In this document: in pieces, positions 34,755-46,000 of the stretch
Position numbering within the stretch: position 1 is the stretch's first letter
Layout of the letters: the number at the start of each line of letters is the position of its first letter
Assembly (NCBI GenBank): GCA_946965045.2
Contig: OX337241.1
Location: 806,001-870,000, forward strand
From: Epithemia pelagica
Taxonomy: Eukaryota > Protista > Bacillariophyta
Direction: 5' to 3'
Length of the DNA: 64,000 nt
The notes under the pieces: generated by a model
The model's database searches: none
What the model was told of the DNA's origin: nothing
What the model saw: only the letters and a program-made list of their open reading frames with translations
Program-made: the position numbers and the translations under genes

Positions 34755-35953
34755 GAAGAGACAAAACACGATTTCCAGTCGAGAAACTGGACACAAATGA
34801 TCCAAATACCATGTTGTGTCCCAAAAGATTGGAACCAATCCCTACAAACTCGGTCCACTCCCCTCCATTCGTAGTCACGGCTGTTGGGCCATCCTGTGCA
34901 CTCACTGCGAGTGAGTCCGGGAACAGTGATGAGTTGCTTCTCCGCCCGGTTTGGGGACTCGATTCGTCGACCATGGTTTTGGCACTATACCTAGAGACAA
35001 GGTAGTTCTGGTAGGATTCAAGCACAACTACAAATAGACCACAACGTGTTTGGCCTTTTCCTGAGATGCACTCAATAGATTCGTTACTGACGGTGGCTCC
35101 CAACTGGCAAACCTTGTCGACGACGTCGGCTTGATTTGTGTGATCTCTAGTAGTACCTGCTACGTGCGCTAGGATTCCGGGAATGCATAGAGAGTTTGGT
35201 TTCTATAGAATATTACAAATCGAATAGTGAACCGACTGTGTTTTACAATCGAATCTCTGTTCCGGGTGTAAATGACTGCGTGTCCGACAAAAACTTGTCA
35301 TGTGCAACAAGAACCAACGCATCGATTGCTAGCCTTGACTCCAGTCGTTGTTGTTGTTGTTGTTTTTCGTTTTGAGAGTGACCACCTCTGGGAATGGGAA
35401 CCACGGCAGGCGTGGTCACGGCGCACGCATACTCGTACTCGTACAGACGCATACCACAAATTTTGGAAAAGCCTCTCGAGGATGAGCCAGTCGACAAAAT
35501 CAGAACCTACATAACCAGTAGAACCATTCCAGAGACGAACTAACACTTACTCCCACTCTGTGGTTCCGGCAACCACAGAGACAAAAGTAAAGCTATAGTC
35601 TCTCGACTGTGTTGACGGAGTAAAAAATGGACGCTGGTTGTGGATCAATCCCAACATGATTTCTCCAAGACACGTCAACGTCTTTGCGACATAACCCCTC
35701 GATGGATCCAGTCAGAAAGGCAATAGTACGGCATATCTATATAATGTTTATTATAATATTGCAGCATGATTGGGTGAAAGTCTAATTGACATTTCTTCTT
35801 TGTCTTGGTCCATCTGCTTTCCCCCAACGATACTTAATAATAATAACGATAGTGCAATCGAAATAGTAGACCAATTAGGTTTGTCGAGTAGCTTCCATTT
35901 GCCAATCGGTACTGACTGATGACTGCTGGAGCGTGTTACGAATAAGTAGACTC

Positions 35954-36227
35954 TTCTTAGTAGGGCATATGTCCGGATAACTTTTTCCGTCTGGTACACA
36001 AAGTTCAAGAAACAAGAACCGAAACAACAACCAACAACACGATCAACGATCAAGTTTTTTCAAAAAGATCAAGACTGCCTTCATAGTTTGTTCTTGGTAG
36101 GGCATATGTCTGGATAACTTTTTCCGTCTGGTACACAAAGTTCAAGAAACAAGAACCGAAACAACAACCAACAACACGATCAACGATCAAGTTTTTTCAA
36201 AAAGATCAAGACTGCCTTCATAGTTTG
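35954..36227. repeat. 137-bp tandem duplication (2 copies)
   Basis: 35954-36090 and 36091-36227 are identical apart from two substitutions that I noticed. Confidence 0.92.
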
Positions 36228-36282
36228 GATCGCATTGCGTCCCTTGTGTTGTTGGGAATACAAACGATCACAATTGTCCACC

Positions 36283-37164
36283 ATGGAGTTTGTAGATCAA
36301 GACGACGATGTATCGAGTGTGCAGTCCGTGGAAGTGGCCGAAATGCTACGGGGCCTGAGTGCACCCTATTGCAAAGGAAATCCCAACATGTCTCCTCCAC
36401 GATCACCTCGACGGGCCGCACGGCAACAAGTACAAATACCACCACAAACTCCGTCTTCGGTGGGAGGATACGAGCCCGAAGAACTCAGCAACCATGATTC
36501 GTCGAGTTCCTGGCATTTTGACTTGGGTCCATTAAAAGAAATGCTGGCCGCCAACAACCTGGAGAAATCTCCTCCACGGGTGACCAAGCCAATCCCTCCA
36601 GCAACCTCCACAGCGGCCGAGACTCTGAGTGTCGGAGAGGAGGACGATGAAGACTACGACTTGGGCTCCATTTCACAAGACATGCTGGTAACCAAGGCCA
36701 CGGCCCTCTTGAACAATAATACGATGACGAGAAGGAACTTTGACCAATCGCATGCCACCTTCAACAGCAGTGTCAATCATTGGAACAACAGTGCACCCAA
36801 CAGTCCCATCAAGACATCGGAGTTGTTGGACGAACGTCGTGCGGCACGTGCGCAGCGCATGGAACGCGTACGACAACGGATTGCTCGGGAAAAGGAGGAA
36901 GCGAAACAACGAAAGTTGGACGAAGAAAAGCGAGCACAAGAACTCTTCATGTCCGACGATAAACGACGGCAACGCATGTATGAGTGGTATTGCCGACTGG
37001 GAATGCCCAACCGCAAGGAATTGAAAAAGCGAGTCAAGGCCATGAAGGGTGATGGACCAAATAAAATCACTGTCCAAGATGTGGATTTGTTGCCCTGGAA
37101 CTTTAGTGGATCCATGGTCAATACGAGCAAATTACACAAACTTGGGATTTCTGCTGCGCTATAA
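36283..37164 (+). CDS. Disordered protein with conserved C-terminal YEWYxRxG...DLLPWNFxG domain
   Basis: ATG at 36283 in ccaccATGg context. RRAARAQRMERVRQRIARE and RMYEWYCRLGMPNRKELKKRV...DVDLLPWNFSGSMVN match the 30604 gene. Confidence 0.82.
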   Translation: MEFVDQDDDVSSVQSVEVAEMLRGLSAPYCKGNPNMSPPRSPRRAARQQVQIPPQTPSSVGGYEPEELSNHDSSSSWHFDLGPLKEMLAANNLEKSPPRVTKPIPPATSTAAETLSVGEEDDEDYDLGSISQDMLVTKATALLNNNTMTRRNFDQSHATFNSSVNHWNNSAPNSPIKTSELLDERRAARAQRMERVRQRIAREKEEAKQRKLDEEKRAQELFMSDDKRRQRMYEWYCRLGMPNRKELKKRVKAMKGDGPNKITVQDVDLLPWNFSGSMVNTSKLHKLGISAAL

Positions 37165-37818
37165 ACTCTAGAACATGTGGCAGGAAAAACGATACAAACG
37201 CATGGTTGATCAGGAATCGAACGTGGTAAAGATACTCTACGATTGCTAACGTTTCCTCATAATTGATACATGACTGTAACGATAGAACAGGCTACTCGTA
37301 CCGTCATGTTCGACTTCCATTTCAGTTTAGACTCTTAGTTGAAAGTCCTACCCCTATAATCCCAAGATGGAGAGGAGATGATAGCATGTCATGTCTATCG
37401 AAGAAAGGGCCAGCATACTCTGCGAAACGAACGTGACCTATGCCCAAGCTTAAGTCGGAAGCAGGCGGAAGCCCACAGGAGTAGCACATAGCCGCATTAG
37501 CCACAATTTCCACTACTCCTATTACTCATGCTATGTGGAATCGACAAATTACCGTAGTTCCTTTTCTCAACTGTGGTTTTATGTTTGTGGTGTTTCCTAA
37601 TCATAGAGTGATTGCTTCTGTGATACACATATCCCCATTGCTTTCTTTCCACTTTTCCAGAAGCACCCTGCGTCTTTATAATCTTGACTATAAACTATCC
37701 TCGTAAATCCATGTTTTGGTTTTGATACACATAACACTACCCGCATCAACATATAGCGGTAGCTTGGACATTTCCTTGAACGGTCGGATCCTTTGCGTTG
37801 GAGGGACTGGTGTTGGTC

Positions 37819-38739
37819 TTACTCTGCGCTGTCAGCTGCATCTCCACCCTCCTCGACTTCTTCTTCTTCTTGTTCCTGAGCCGCAGGCTGTTCTTGTTGC
37901 TCTTCTCCCTTGCCTTGTTCGACGGGAGTGGACTCTTCGCCACCACCCGTGGGTGGACCCAAAGCCAGCATGACGAGACCAGCCAAGAACCAGCAAACCA
38001 CCGAGACAACATTCAAGGAACTTCCCTTGTCCCAGGAACACTCGTCGTCCCAAAGTTTGGCGGCATCAAAGTCAAACACGGGATCCTGCGACGTATCAAT
38101 GCCTTCGGATTCGGCATAGGTTGTGATTTCATCGGTAAAGGCCCTGGCCACTGGATTCTCTTCACAAGCGTTGGTACGGTAAATGAGAAAGCCCAAACCT
38201 TGGAACAGGGTCAAGAGTACAATGTACGTGGCCGCCATGCCATACCACGCCTTGGCGACCAATTTCGGAAGGCAGGGTGTCATGAACAAAACGAGCGTCA
38301 TGATGCCACCCACGACGGGGGTAATCACGGTAATGGCACGGACAAAGACCCATTTGGTATCCATGTCGGATCCCCAAGATACACATTCGTCTTCCGTGGT
38401 AATGGACGCCAAGCCTTCACCCGGCTCCATGGTCCTGGTGGTTTTCATTCGACGCCATGGTGAGAAGTGAAGGTCGCTCACTTGGATGGTAAAGGTTTGA
38501 TCTCCTTGCTCAAGTTCAAAGCTGGTTGCTTCAAACATAAAGGTTCGGCACCAAAAGCCAAAAAAGAGCGTCGTGAGGAGTGTACAGATCGAAAGGACCG
38601 AGGGGAAGGTGAATCGGGCACTGTTTGGGTTTGGACAGGATATTTCCAAGATTTAAAAATGAGAAGACAACGGTATATGTATGAGAAGCACGGGACTCCA
38701 TAGCATGTGGCCCTCGATTTACCATGCATGGTGATCCAT
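37819..38739 (-). CDS. Four-TM claudin-like membrane protein with acidic tail, copy 1 (exons 38723-38739, 37819-38620)
   Basis: Four hydrophobic segments with FWC, ECVSW, NACEENP and ECSWDKGS. A phase-2 GTAAAT...CAG intron at 38621-38722 gives MDHHACARFTFPS. Confidence 0.75.
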
Positions 38740-39443
38740 AAAGCTAGCTTCTCACAAATGAAATCGAGAACTTACATATCCATCATGGTCGTTGCTTTGT
38801 TTCGTTTTCGTTTGTTTCTAGAGAGAGGTTCAACGTTTGAGGACCTTTTTGGTTTTGTGATCTCATTTTTTTCTGGATGGGAACTGGACCCGTGTCAAAA
38901 ATGGCTTCGCATAATCTATTCTTTCGGGGCTTGAGGACTTCATCCCGACGCTATCTCCATCATACGAGGGGTTCTTGTTTTTCTCTTTTCCGCGACTGAT
39001 TCGTGATGGCTCTCTCTTGTTCCGAGGATGGTATAGTTTGGGTTTTTATGTACAAGCGGATAGTCGGACCACTCTGGAACATCGGGATGCCATCAATCGA
39101 CCTAGTTGAACTGCCATTGACCCCCGGGTTGATATGACATAGCGTTTGTACGACTTTGTGCGAGGCCATTTTTTCTTTTTTCGACATGCTTCTCGACGTT
39201 GACGCATATGAGCATATAAATTCATGAAAATATACACAATCTCATCAGTCTCTCAAGTTTTAAACGCTTACATGCATACATACACACTACCTGAGGCGAG
39301 GAACCAAGCAAGCCATACACTGGGATCCAGGCATCTTTTCTTTGGAGAAAGAAATGGAACTTGAAAAGCAGACGTAGACACCCCCAATCGCACCACTCTC
39401 ACACATACACACCACTGGACTCTCTCATTCTTTTCTCCTTGAT

Positions 39444-40455
39444 TTACGCATTCACAACAATATCGGCATCATTGTCTGCTTCTTCTTCCGCCTCGTGCGT
39501 TTCACCGGCACTGTCGGAGGCCACAGCCTGCTCCGGCTGTTCGGCTTTGTCCTCTGCATCCTTATCATCTTCGGCGTTTTCTTCTTCGTCCTTGTCCTTT
39601 TCTTGAGCGGGCGACTCGTCACTTTCGTCGGGCGAGGCGGGGGCCCCCAAGGCCAACATGACGGCACCGGCAAGGAACCAAAAGACAACTGCGGCGACAT
39701 TGGCCGAACTTCCCTTATCCCAGCTGCATTCGTTTTCCCACAAAATACCCGAACGAAAGTCAAAGGCTGGTTCTTGACTGGTTGAGACACCACGATCCTC
39801 GAGCGTTCCCTCAATAATCTTGGTCAGGTGTCGCACAAAGGGATTTTCTTCGCAGGCATTGGATCGGAAAATGAGAAAGGCGAGTCCTTGAAAGAGGGTC
39901 AAGACGAGAATGAACGTAAGGCCCATACAATTCCAGCTCTTGCGCACAATGGGCGTGCAGGGAGGACAGACTTGCATCATACAAAGCATGACGGCAAAGA
40001 TACCTCCAATTATGGGTGTAATCACGGTAATGGCACGGACAAAGATCCATTTGGAGTCTTCATCCTCACCCCATGTGACACATTCATCTCGGGTCGTTAC
40101 CGTCACGGTCAATCCGTCTAGTTCAAGAAAAATGTCTTGAAGGGTGGTTCGTTGTCGATACCAGGGAGAAAAGTGAAGATCTCGCACGTCAATTTTGACA
40201 TTTTCTTCGCCGACGGTGAAATCATAATTCTTGCCCTCAAAGGCGAAGGATTGACACCAGAATCCAAACAGCATGGTGGTAATAAGACCACCAATTGAAA
40301 GAAGAGAGGGACAGGTGACTCGAACACTGCACAACACAAACAGTTTCGTGAGAGTCGACGACCACTTTTCACAACGATACCGAACTTTGAACAAGCGAAC
40401 TTGGAACATTGATACGCATGGCAGTCAACCCTCGTCGCAGGACTTACATATCCAT
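39444..40455 (-). CDS. Four-TM claudin-like membrane protein with acidic tail, copy 2 (exons 40448-40455, 39444-40326)
   Basis: Tandem paralogue of copy 1 (DLHFSPW, KWIFVRAITVITP, LTLFQGL, ECSWDKGSS). A phase-2 GTAAGT...CAG intron at 40327-40447 gives MDIVRVTCPS. Confidence 0.75.
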
Positions 40456-41089
40456 GGTGCTGCTTTCCTTGTTCTTCGTGGTAGTATGGCGTTGTTGGTT
40501 GCTGTTCGATGTTTTCGACGAATCTGCTTGCCTTGTGGGTGCGGTAACACTGGTTCAAAGTATATGAAGGAAACAGGAGCACAGTTCTGGTCTGTTGTAT
40601 CCAAAAAAAAGATTTGGTGGAAAGAAGTTCTCTTTGTGTCATCCCCCCAAAAGCCCAAGCGGTAGTAGTAAAAGATGAGTCGTCGCGCCTGGTATTTGCA
40701 TCAACGGGACTGACTTTGGGTTACTATTTGCTATAGTATCGCAAGTTATCCGTGAATGACCGGAAAAGGTCCTGATAGTGGGGCGCTGGGGATTGATATT
40801 CACGGGTCACTCGCGAATTCGACAGAAGGGGCTTGGGGTTGGATCTGCGACCTTATGAAACTCAAATGATTCAGTCGCACATCTTGTGGACCGGCTATCG
40901 GCCCTATGGCCTGCCCCCAAGCAGGGGTGAGTCCAGGTCGCACATAGGTCGTACCTAAAGGTACATCCGTATACTCACCCCCTTGGCTCGACCACCCAAA
41001 ATTGGCGATTTTCCGACATTGATACAAATTGCATTTTACCTCAACGCATCCACCACGGTGCCAAACAAGTGAGGTCGATTGCATCCGCC

Positions 41090-42522
41090 ATGAAGGTTCT
41101 CCAACCGCACCCAAGGCATTGTAAGCTGTCAAATACTACCGACAACACTTCTGCCTACTCGGTGTTGCATCCATTCCACCCTTTCACAGGCATGGACCAC
41201 CAGCAAGACAGTACATTTCGGAACAGTAACAAGGAAGGTGAAGCTCCATCGTTTGCATCCGCAACCGGCTCTATTACATCCAGTGAACAAGTTCACCTAC
41301 GCCGATAAGTCTCCATCGCAGGAGGAACCGGGCAGTGTTTTGAAATTGGATCCAGTGGTAGTGGAATTGTTGAAACAAGAAGAATGCCAAACAACGACGA
41401 ATGGTACAACGATACCACACACGGCAATCAAACGAAACGAAACGAAAGAAAGCCGCATGCAAGTTCGGCCACAGGGGATGATGGTTCTTGTGACGAGGGG
41501 GATGAGGCCGAAACACAAGAACGTTCCCATTATAAAAGCAGCAACACACCCAATTCCCTTCAAAGAGACGACGGTAAACCTGACGGTGTCAGCCGCCATG
41601 TCGTCATCGTCAAGTGGAAGTGAGAAATCTCATAGCGAGCATATGAAGACAAAGAAAAGAATGACGAAGAGTCATCGAAGGACTCGAAGGAATCAGACTC
41701 TGATGCAGAGGATGACGCTGGTGTTGACGACAAAGATTGTACAACTACCAATAAAGAAGCGGGAAGGAAACAATTGGAGGATCTGCTATGTGAACTGTAC
41801 TCTAAGGAACGTCGGACACTATCGCGGAAGCTTGACCGGGGAGAGGCATCGTTGGATCAACCGATGACAACACCAAACTGCACAACAACAACAACAACAA
41901 GAAACGAAAGTGTGAGCAACCAGTAAATTGGAGTTCGTTGCCCCTGGAAGAGAGGTTGAGAAGAGAAGAACAGCGTTGACTGCAACAAGAGGCGGCCGAA
42001 ACAAGAGCGCGAGGTTTGGTGTCGAATCATCGGCATCCTCTGAACTCGGAACGACGACGAGCGAATCGTCGTAAACCAAAATGGGCCAAACGACCCATGG
42101 CTACAGGTTGATATTTTTGAAACACAACAAATGAAACTCTCCAGCAATGGGCATTTGAACTGTCGAACTGATCGGAGTCACATCACGTTCGAAGCGAGGG
42201 CAGAGTTGCCATACATGAGTCATGTGCCACCCGTAGACAAGATGCTTTTATGGACACCTCGTCCAAACGTTGACACGTTTTGAGGGACTATAGTGCATCT
42301 TATTCGTAGATGGATCTTCAGCGACGATTTGTCGAAATAGTCTTTGATTGCTGAATGTATTGCATGTTGCTGGATTTTCTTAGTGTTTCTCATCGTACTG
42401 AACTTTTTAACGAGCTGGTGGCTTCTCGGGCGGCCTGGAAGTCTTCCTTGGCGCCCGAAGCCACCCTATCGACATTCATGGACTCTGCAAGTGATTTATG
42501 TGAAGAAGAAGACATGATGTAG
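41090..42522 (+). pseudogene. Decayed coding-like cargo inside the MULE-like element
   Basis: An acidic stretch, then from 41881 a frame reading NNNNNKKRK...LEERLRREEQR*LQQEAAE...HRTELFNELVASRAAWK with 6 TGA and 1 TAG internal stops. Frameshifts are likely upstream. No DDE transposase motif recognised. Confidence 0.5.
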
Positions 42523-42643
42523 GTCGTTTGGATACCACTGCACCTCCACCACCGTGATGGATGTGTGGAGGTAGAATGTGGTTTTTAGAAATTTGTATCA
42601 ATGTCGAGAGCGACCAGGTCGAGCCAAGGGGGTGAGTATACGG

Positions 42644-42747
42644 ATGCACATCGTGCATCCAATCACGCGTGACTGACTCACCCCTGCTTGGGGGTATGCA
42701 CATCGTGCATCCAATCACGCGTGACTGACTCACCCCTGCTTGGGGGT
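42644..42747. repeat. 52-bp perfect tandem duplication at the right TIR end
   Basis: atgcacatcgtgcatccaatcacgcgtgactgactcacccctgcttgggggt at 42644-42695 and 42696-42747. Confidence 0.95.
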
Positions 42748-43027
42748 ACCCTATGGCCTATGGCACCTACTTCTATCTCGTACTCCTAGGTCCTTTCCGC
42801 CTTGTGTGCTCCTAGGAGGAGGAGGAGTCAAAGCTAAAAGTGACAACGAACAAGAAATGATGTACTTTCCTTTCAAGCACAACATTGGAAAGAAATCATC
42901 TGGTTCGGGAGTGCCTTGCGCATCAAGCCGATGGCTTGTGATCCATCATCCCTTGATGTGGAGCAGGAGCCAAAACTCGTTGTATTCTTGAAATTAGACG
43001 GACTTTCCTTGTCCTTTAATTCTCTCC

Positions 43028-46000
43028 TTAGTTTGCCTTTCTGGGAAGCGAACGGGTTTGGGAATCGACTTGGAAAGGAGGTGATGACGGGGTAATCATG
43101 GGATGACACACGTGTGTTTCGCCGTGGTCCATTGCGACGCTATCTTCCGAGACAAGTGCCAGAATCGAAGAAATACGAGAATGAGAAGAATCCATACCCG
43201 AAAGATTGCTGGCACGATCTAGTCGCCCCTCCAACGGAATACAGGAAGTCAAGTCCGCCGGGGCGGAAGTTGCCGTTTTCTCACCATCCTGTTCGGGGGG
43301 ATTTGACGTCTTCTCGTCGTGTTTATTGTTCCTGGTCGACATTTCAAGCATAGTTTTCTTCCTGTCCAAGAGAATCACGCTGGGAACACTTTCTTCCAAA
43401 CCAGACGAAGCTTTTGTGTTCGGGCTATCATGACTAATGTGATCAAATTCCTGGTGGGGATGTTGTTGTGCTGGGACACAATCCTTTTCATGATTGGATG
43501 CTGCGTCGTCGGATGCAGGCACTTGTACATGAGGGACATTCTCACTATCCGTGCATGGATGAACATTTAGTTTCATATCATCTTCTTCGGCTTCATCATC
43601 AAACATGGCAAGACGCGGGAAGACGGAAATGGGTACATGTTTGCGATCCACGTCTTGGGTGGAATCTCCTCGGTACCACATCATCACTGGCATGGCTGTG
43701 CCATTCGGATCCTCCTCTCTACGTCTCGAAAGATCAAGGCATTTGACATCGTGACACACTGGGCTTGGGGTTTCTACTCTGTATACAAGCTCCTTGGATA
43801 TATCCGTACAAGATGAAGCATCTCCACCACTCATACTCATGTCCCCGCTTGTTTTTCTGTGTTTCACATGTTCGGGAGAACCAACCGATGGCAATGACTG
43901 CTCGGATTGTTCTCGCCGTGGCGACGACGACACGTCCTTGTCGTGTGGCAACTGAGCCGTGACATTTTTGGATTGGAATGTCGAAGGGGTCGTAGCGTCG
44001 GTCAGTTCCAGTTCTCGCACAGTCGCTTTGGAGGATCGTGGGGCCAAGAAACGCAACCCCGTGAAACAAGCTGGTCGTTTCAAGCGGGAACCAAAACGCC
44101 GTTCTTTCTCCTCGTCGATCAGCCTCAAGAGCTTGACGGGTTGTCGACTCGAGGCAGTAGCATTAGCAGTATCTTGCATCAAACATGGCTGCTTGGCAGC
44201 GACAACTACAACAACTGGATCATTCTCACCACCAATTTCAGAATGCTTGGTTCGACGTTGTTTCTCTTCTGTTGGTGTATTCGTTTCAGGTATAGTGTCG
44301 CTTTCGGTTCGAGAATGCTGACTACCGGAAGAAATGCAGACATGGGGAAGGACACACATTGCAGTTGCAGGTATTGTTGTTCCCACTGTATCCTCGAGCT
44401 TGTCGTGGTCATGGCTTTTAGTACTGCGATTCGAATGAGCAGCTGCGTCCAACGTACTATCATGATCCTTCTTGGAAGCTTTGTTGCCTTGCGTCAAATG
44501 AGATTCGGTTATTGTACTTGTAGCTCTTGCATTTTGAGAAGGCATTCTCATACGTTGTCGGGTTTCTCCCCGAACGCTTATTCCGTTCCTCTGTTGAATA
44601 GGATGTTTCCCTATGGAGGAAGATTGGAACCTCATGCGAGATTTGGGTGGTAGGGTCCGGGTTCGTTCCTTCCCAGTCCTCTTGCCTTTACCACCCTCGG
44701 CCTCAGTGCGTTTCTTTGCTTTGGATGTTTGTTTGGTAGAGACGCCTTTGCCAAGTTGCTTCCCATTCTCCCTTTTTGCGGTGAATCGGTCTCGTTTCTT
44801 TCGCGGTAGCTTTCGAATGCCCTTTCCACTGTCTGTTTTGGACATTGCGTCCAGTGTCTTGGATGACTTGTCACCGTTTCCGGTCACAGTTTCTAGCGCA
44901 ACGTCTGCATTACTTTGACTGTCCGATCCACTTTGTTGGTTGATGGATGCTACACGGTTGTGCATTGGTTCGGGATGCTTTTGTTGTGGTTGGTCCTGAG
45001 ATGCTGAAGTGGAAGATGAATACTGGGTCGTTTCTGGTTTCGTCGTTAGTGGCAGTCCCTCGTTCCATTTCTTTGGTAGGGCTGTAGCGGCAAATGAGTC
45101 CTGGTACGAGGCGCCCTGTGGATTCGCTTCTACTCGTAGTTCATTGGAACGTGATGAGAGACTTTCACTCGCTTGTGCGTCCTCCTGCTCCTCATTGTCG
45201 TTCCAGCTGCCACACTCGGACACGTTGGAGTCCTCCCCTATCGGTTCTCTCGTCTCCTTGCTAAAATTCTTGTTCTTGTGGTTGTACTTTTGTTTTGAAG
45301 AATCTTTGGAATGATTTGGTTCGCTTTCGTTTGTCTTCTTGTCGTCGTTGTTGTGGTGATGGTGATCGTTTTGGATAATGACTCCGTTTTGGATGATCCC
45401 GGCCATACCAGAGCTGTAGGCCGAAACATGGGTCGCTTCGGCAAAGGTGGATTCTTCCTCTTCTTCTTCTTTGTTGTTGGAGCTCCCGGAACCATGCTCT
45501 TCTTCTTTTTCTTCTTCTTCACTAATCGAGGCCACGGTATCGGGCCACGAAATCGAAGTACTCGTTTGCCGTAGGACGTTCTCCTCGTCTCGATTGGCAC
45601 TGTAGGACGACGAGGAGGAAGAAAAGACCAAGTCTCGATGCGTCAATCGTTCTTCCTCCGCATTGTGTGGTGGTAGCGGTGGCGATAGCATATCGGGTGC
45701 CATGACAGGTACTACTCCCTCGTGTTGTTGTTGTTGTCGTCCTTGGGTCTCGGCTCTTGTCCTCCCAGGACTTTGCGGAGCATGAGCGGCTGGGGTCGTT
45801 CCCTGTTTCGAATGATGATGATGACGCCATGGTCGTTGCAAAATGCCATGGCTCTCGTGATGGTTCTTGTGGTTCTTGTAGGAATGGTATGTGGAAGGAG
45901 GAAACGTGGTCCAATCCGTTTGTTCCGTCGCGGCAACACCACGAAAGGAAGAGTCCTGTGCTCCTTGTCGTCGTGGCTCGTCGTGGTTCTGCTGTGGGAC

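Larger units (their letters stand above)
40912..42748. mobile_element. Mutator-like (MULE) non-autonomous element with long imperfect TIRs and 10-bp TSD
   Basis: TSD CCCTATGGCC at 40902-40911 and 42749-42758. Perfect inverted blocks 40914-40933/42727-42746 (20 bp), 40964-40993/42617-42646 (30 bp) and 41014-41030/42590-42606 (17 bp), with weaker similarity to about 41060/42551. Confidence 0.85.

Noticed and set aside
35954-42747. 137-bp and 52-bp repeats as CRISPR-like arrays
   Set aside because: Only two adjacent units each, no spacers, no cas genes, and the context is eukaryotic.
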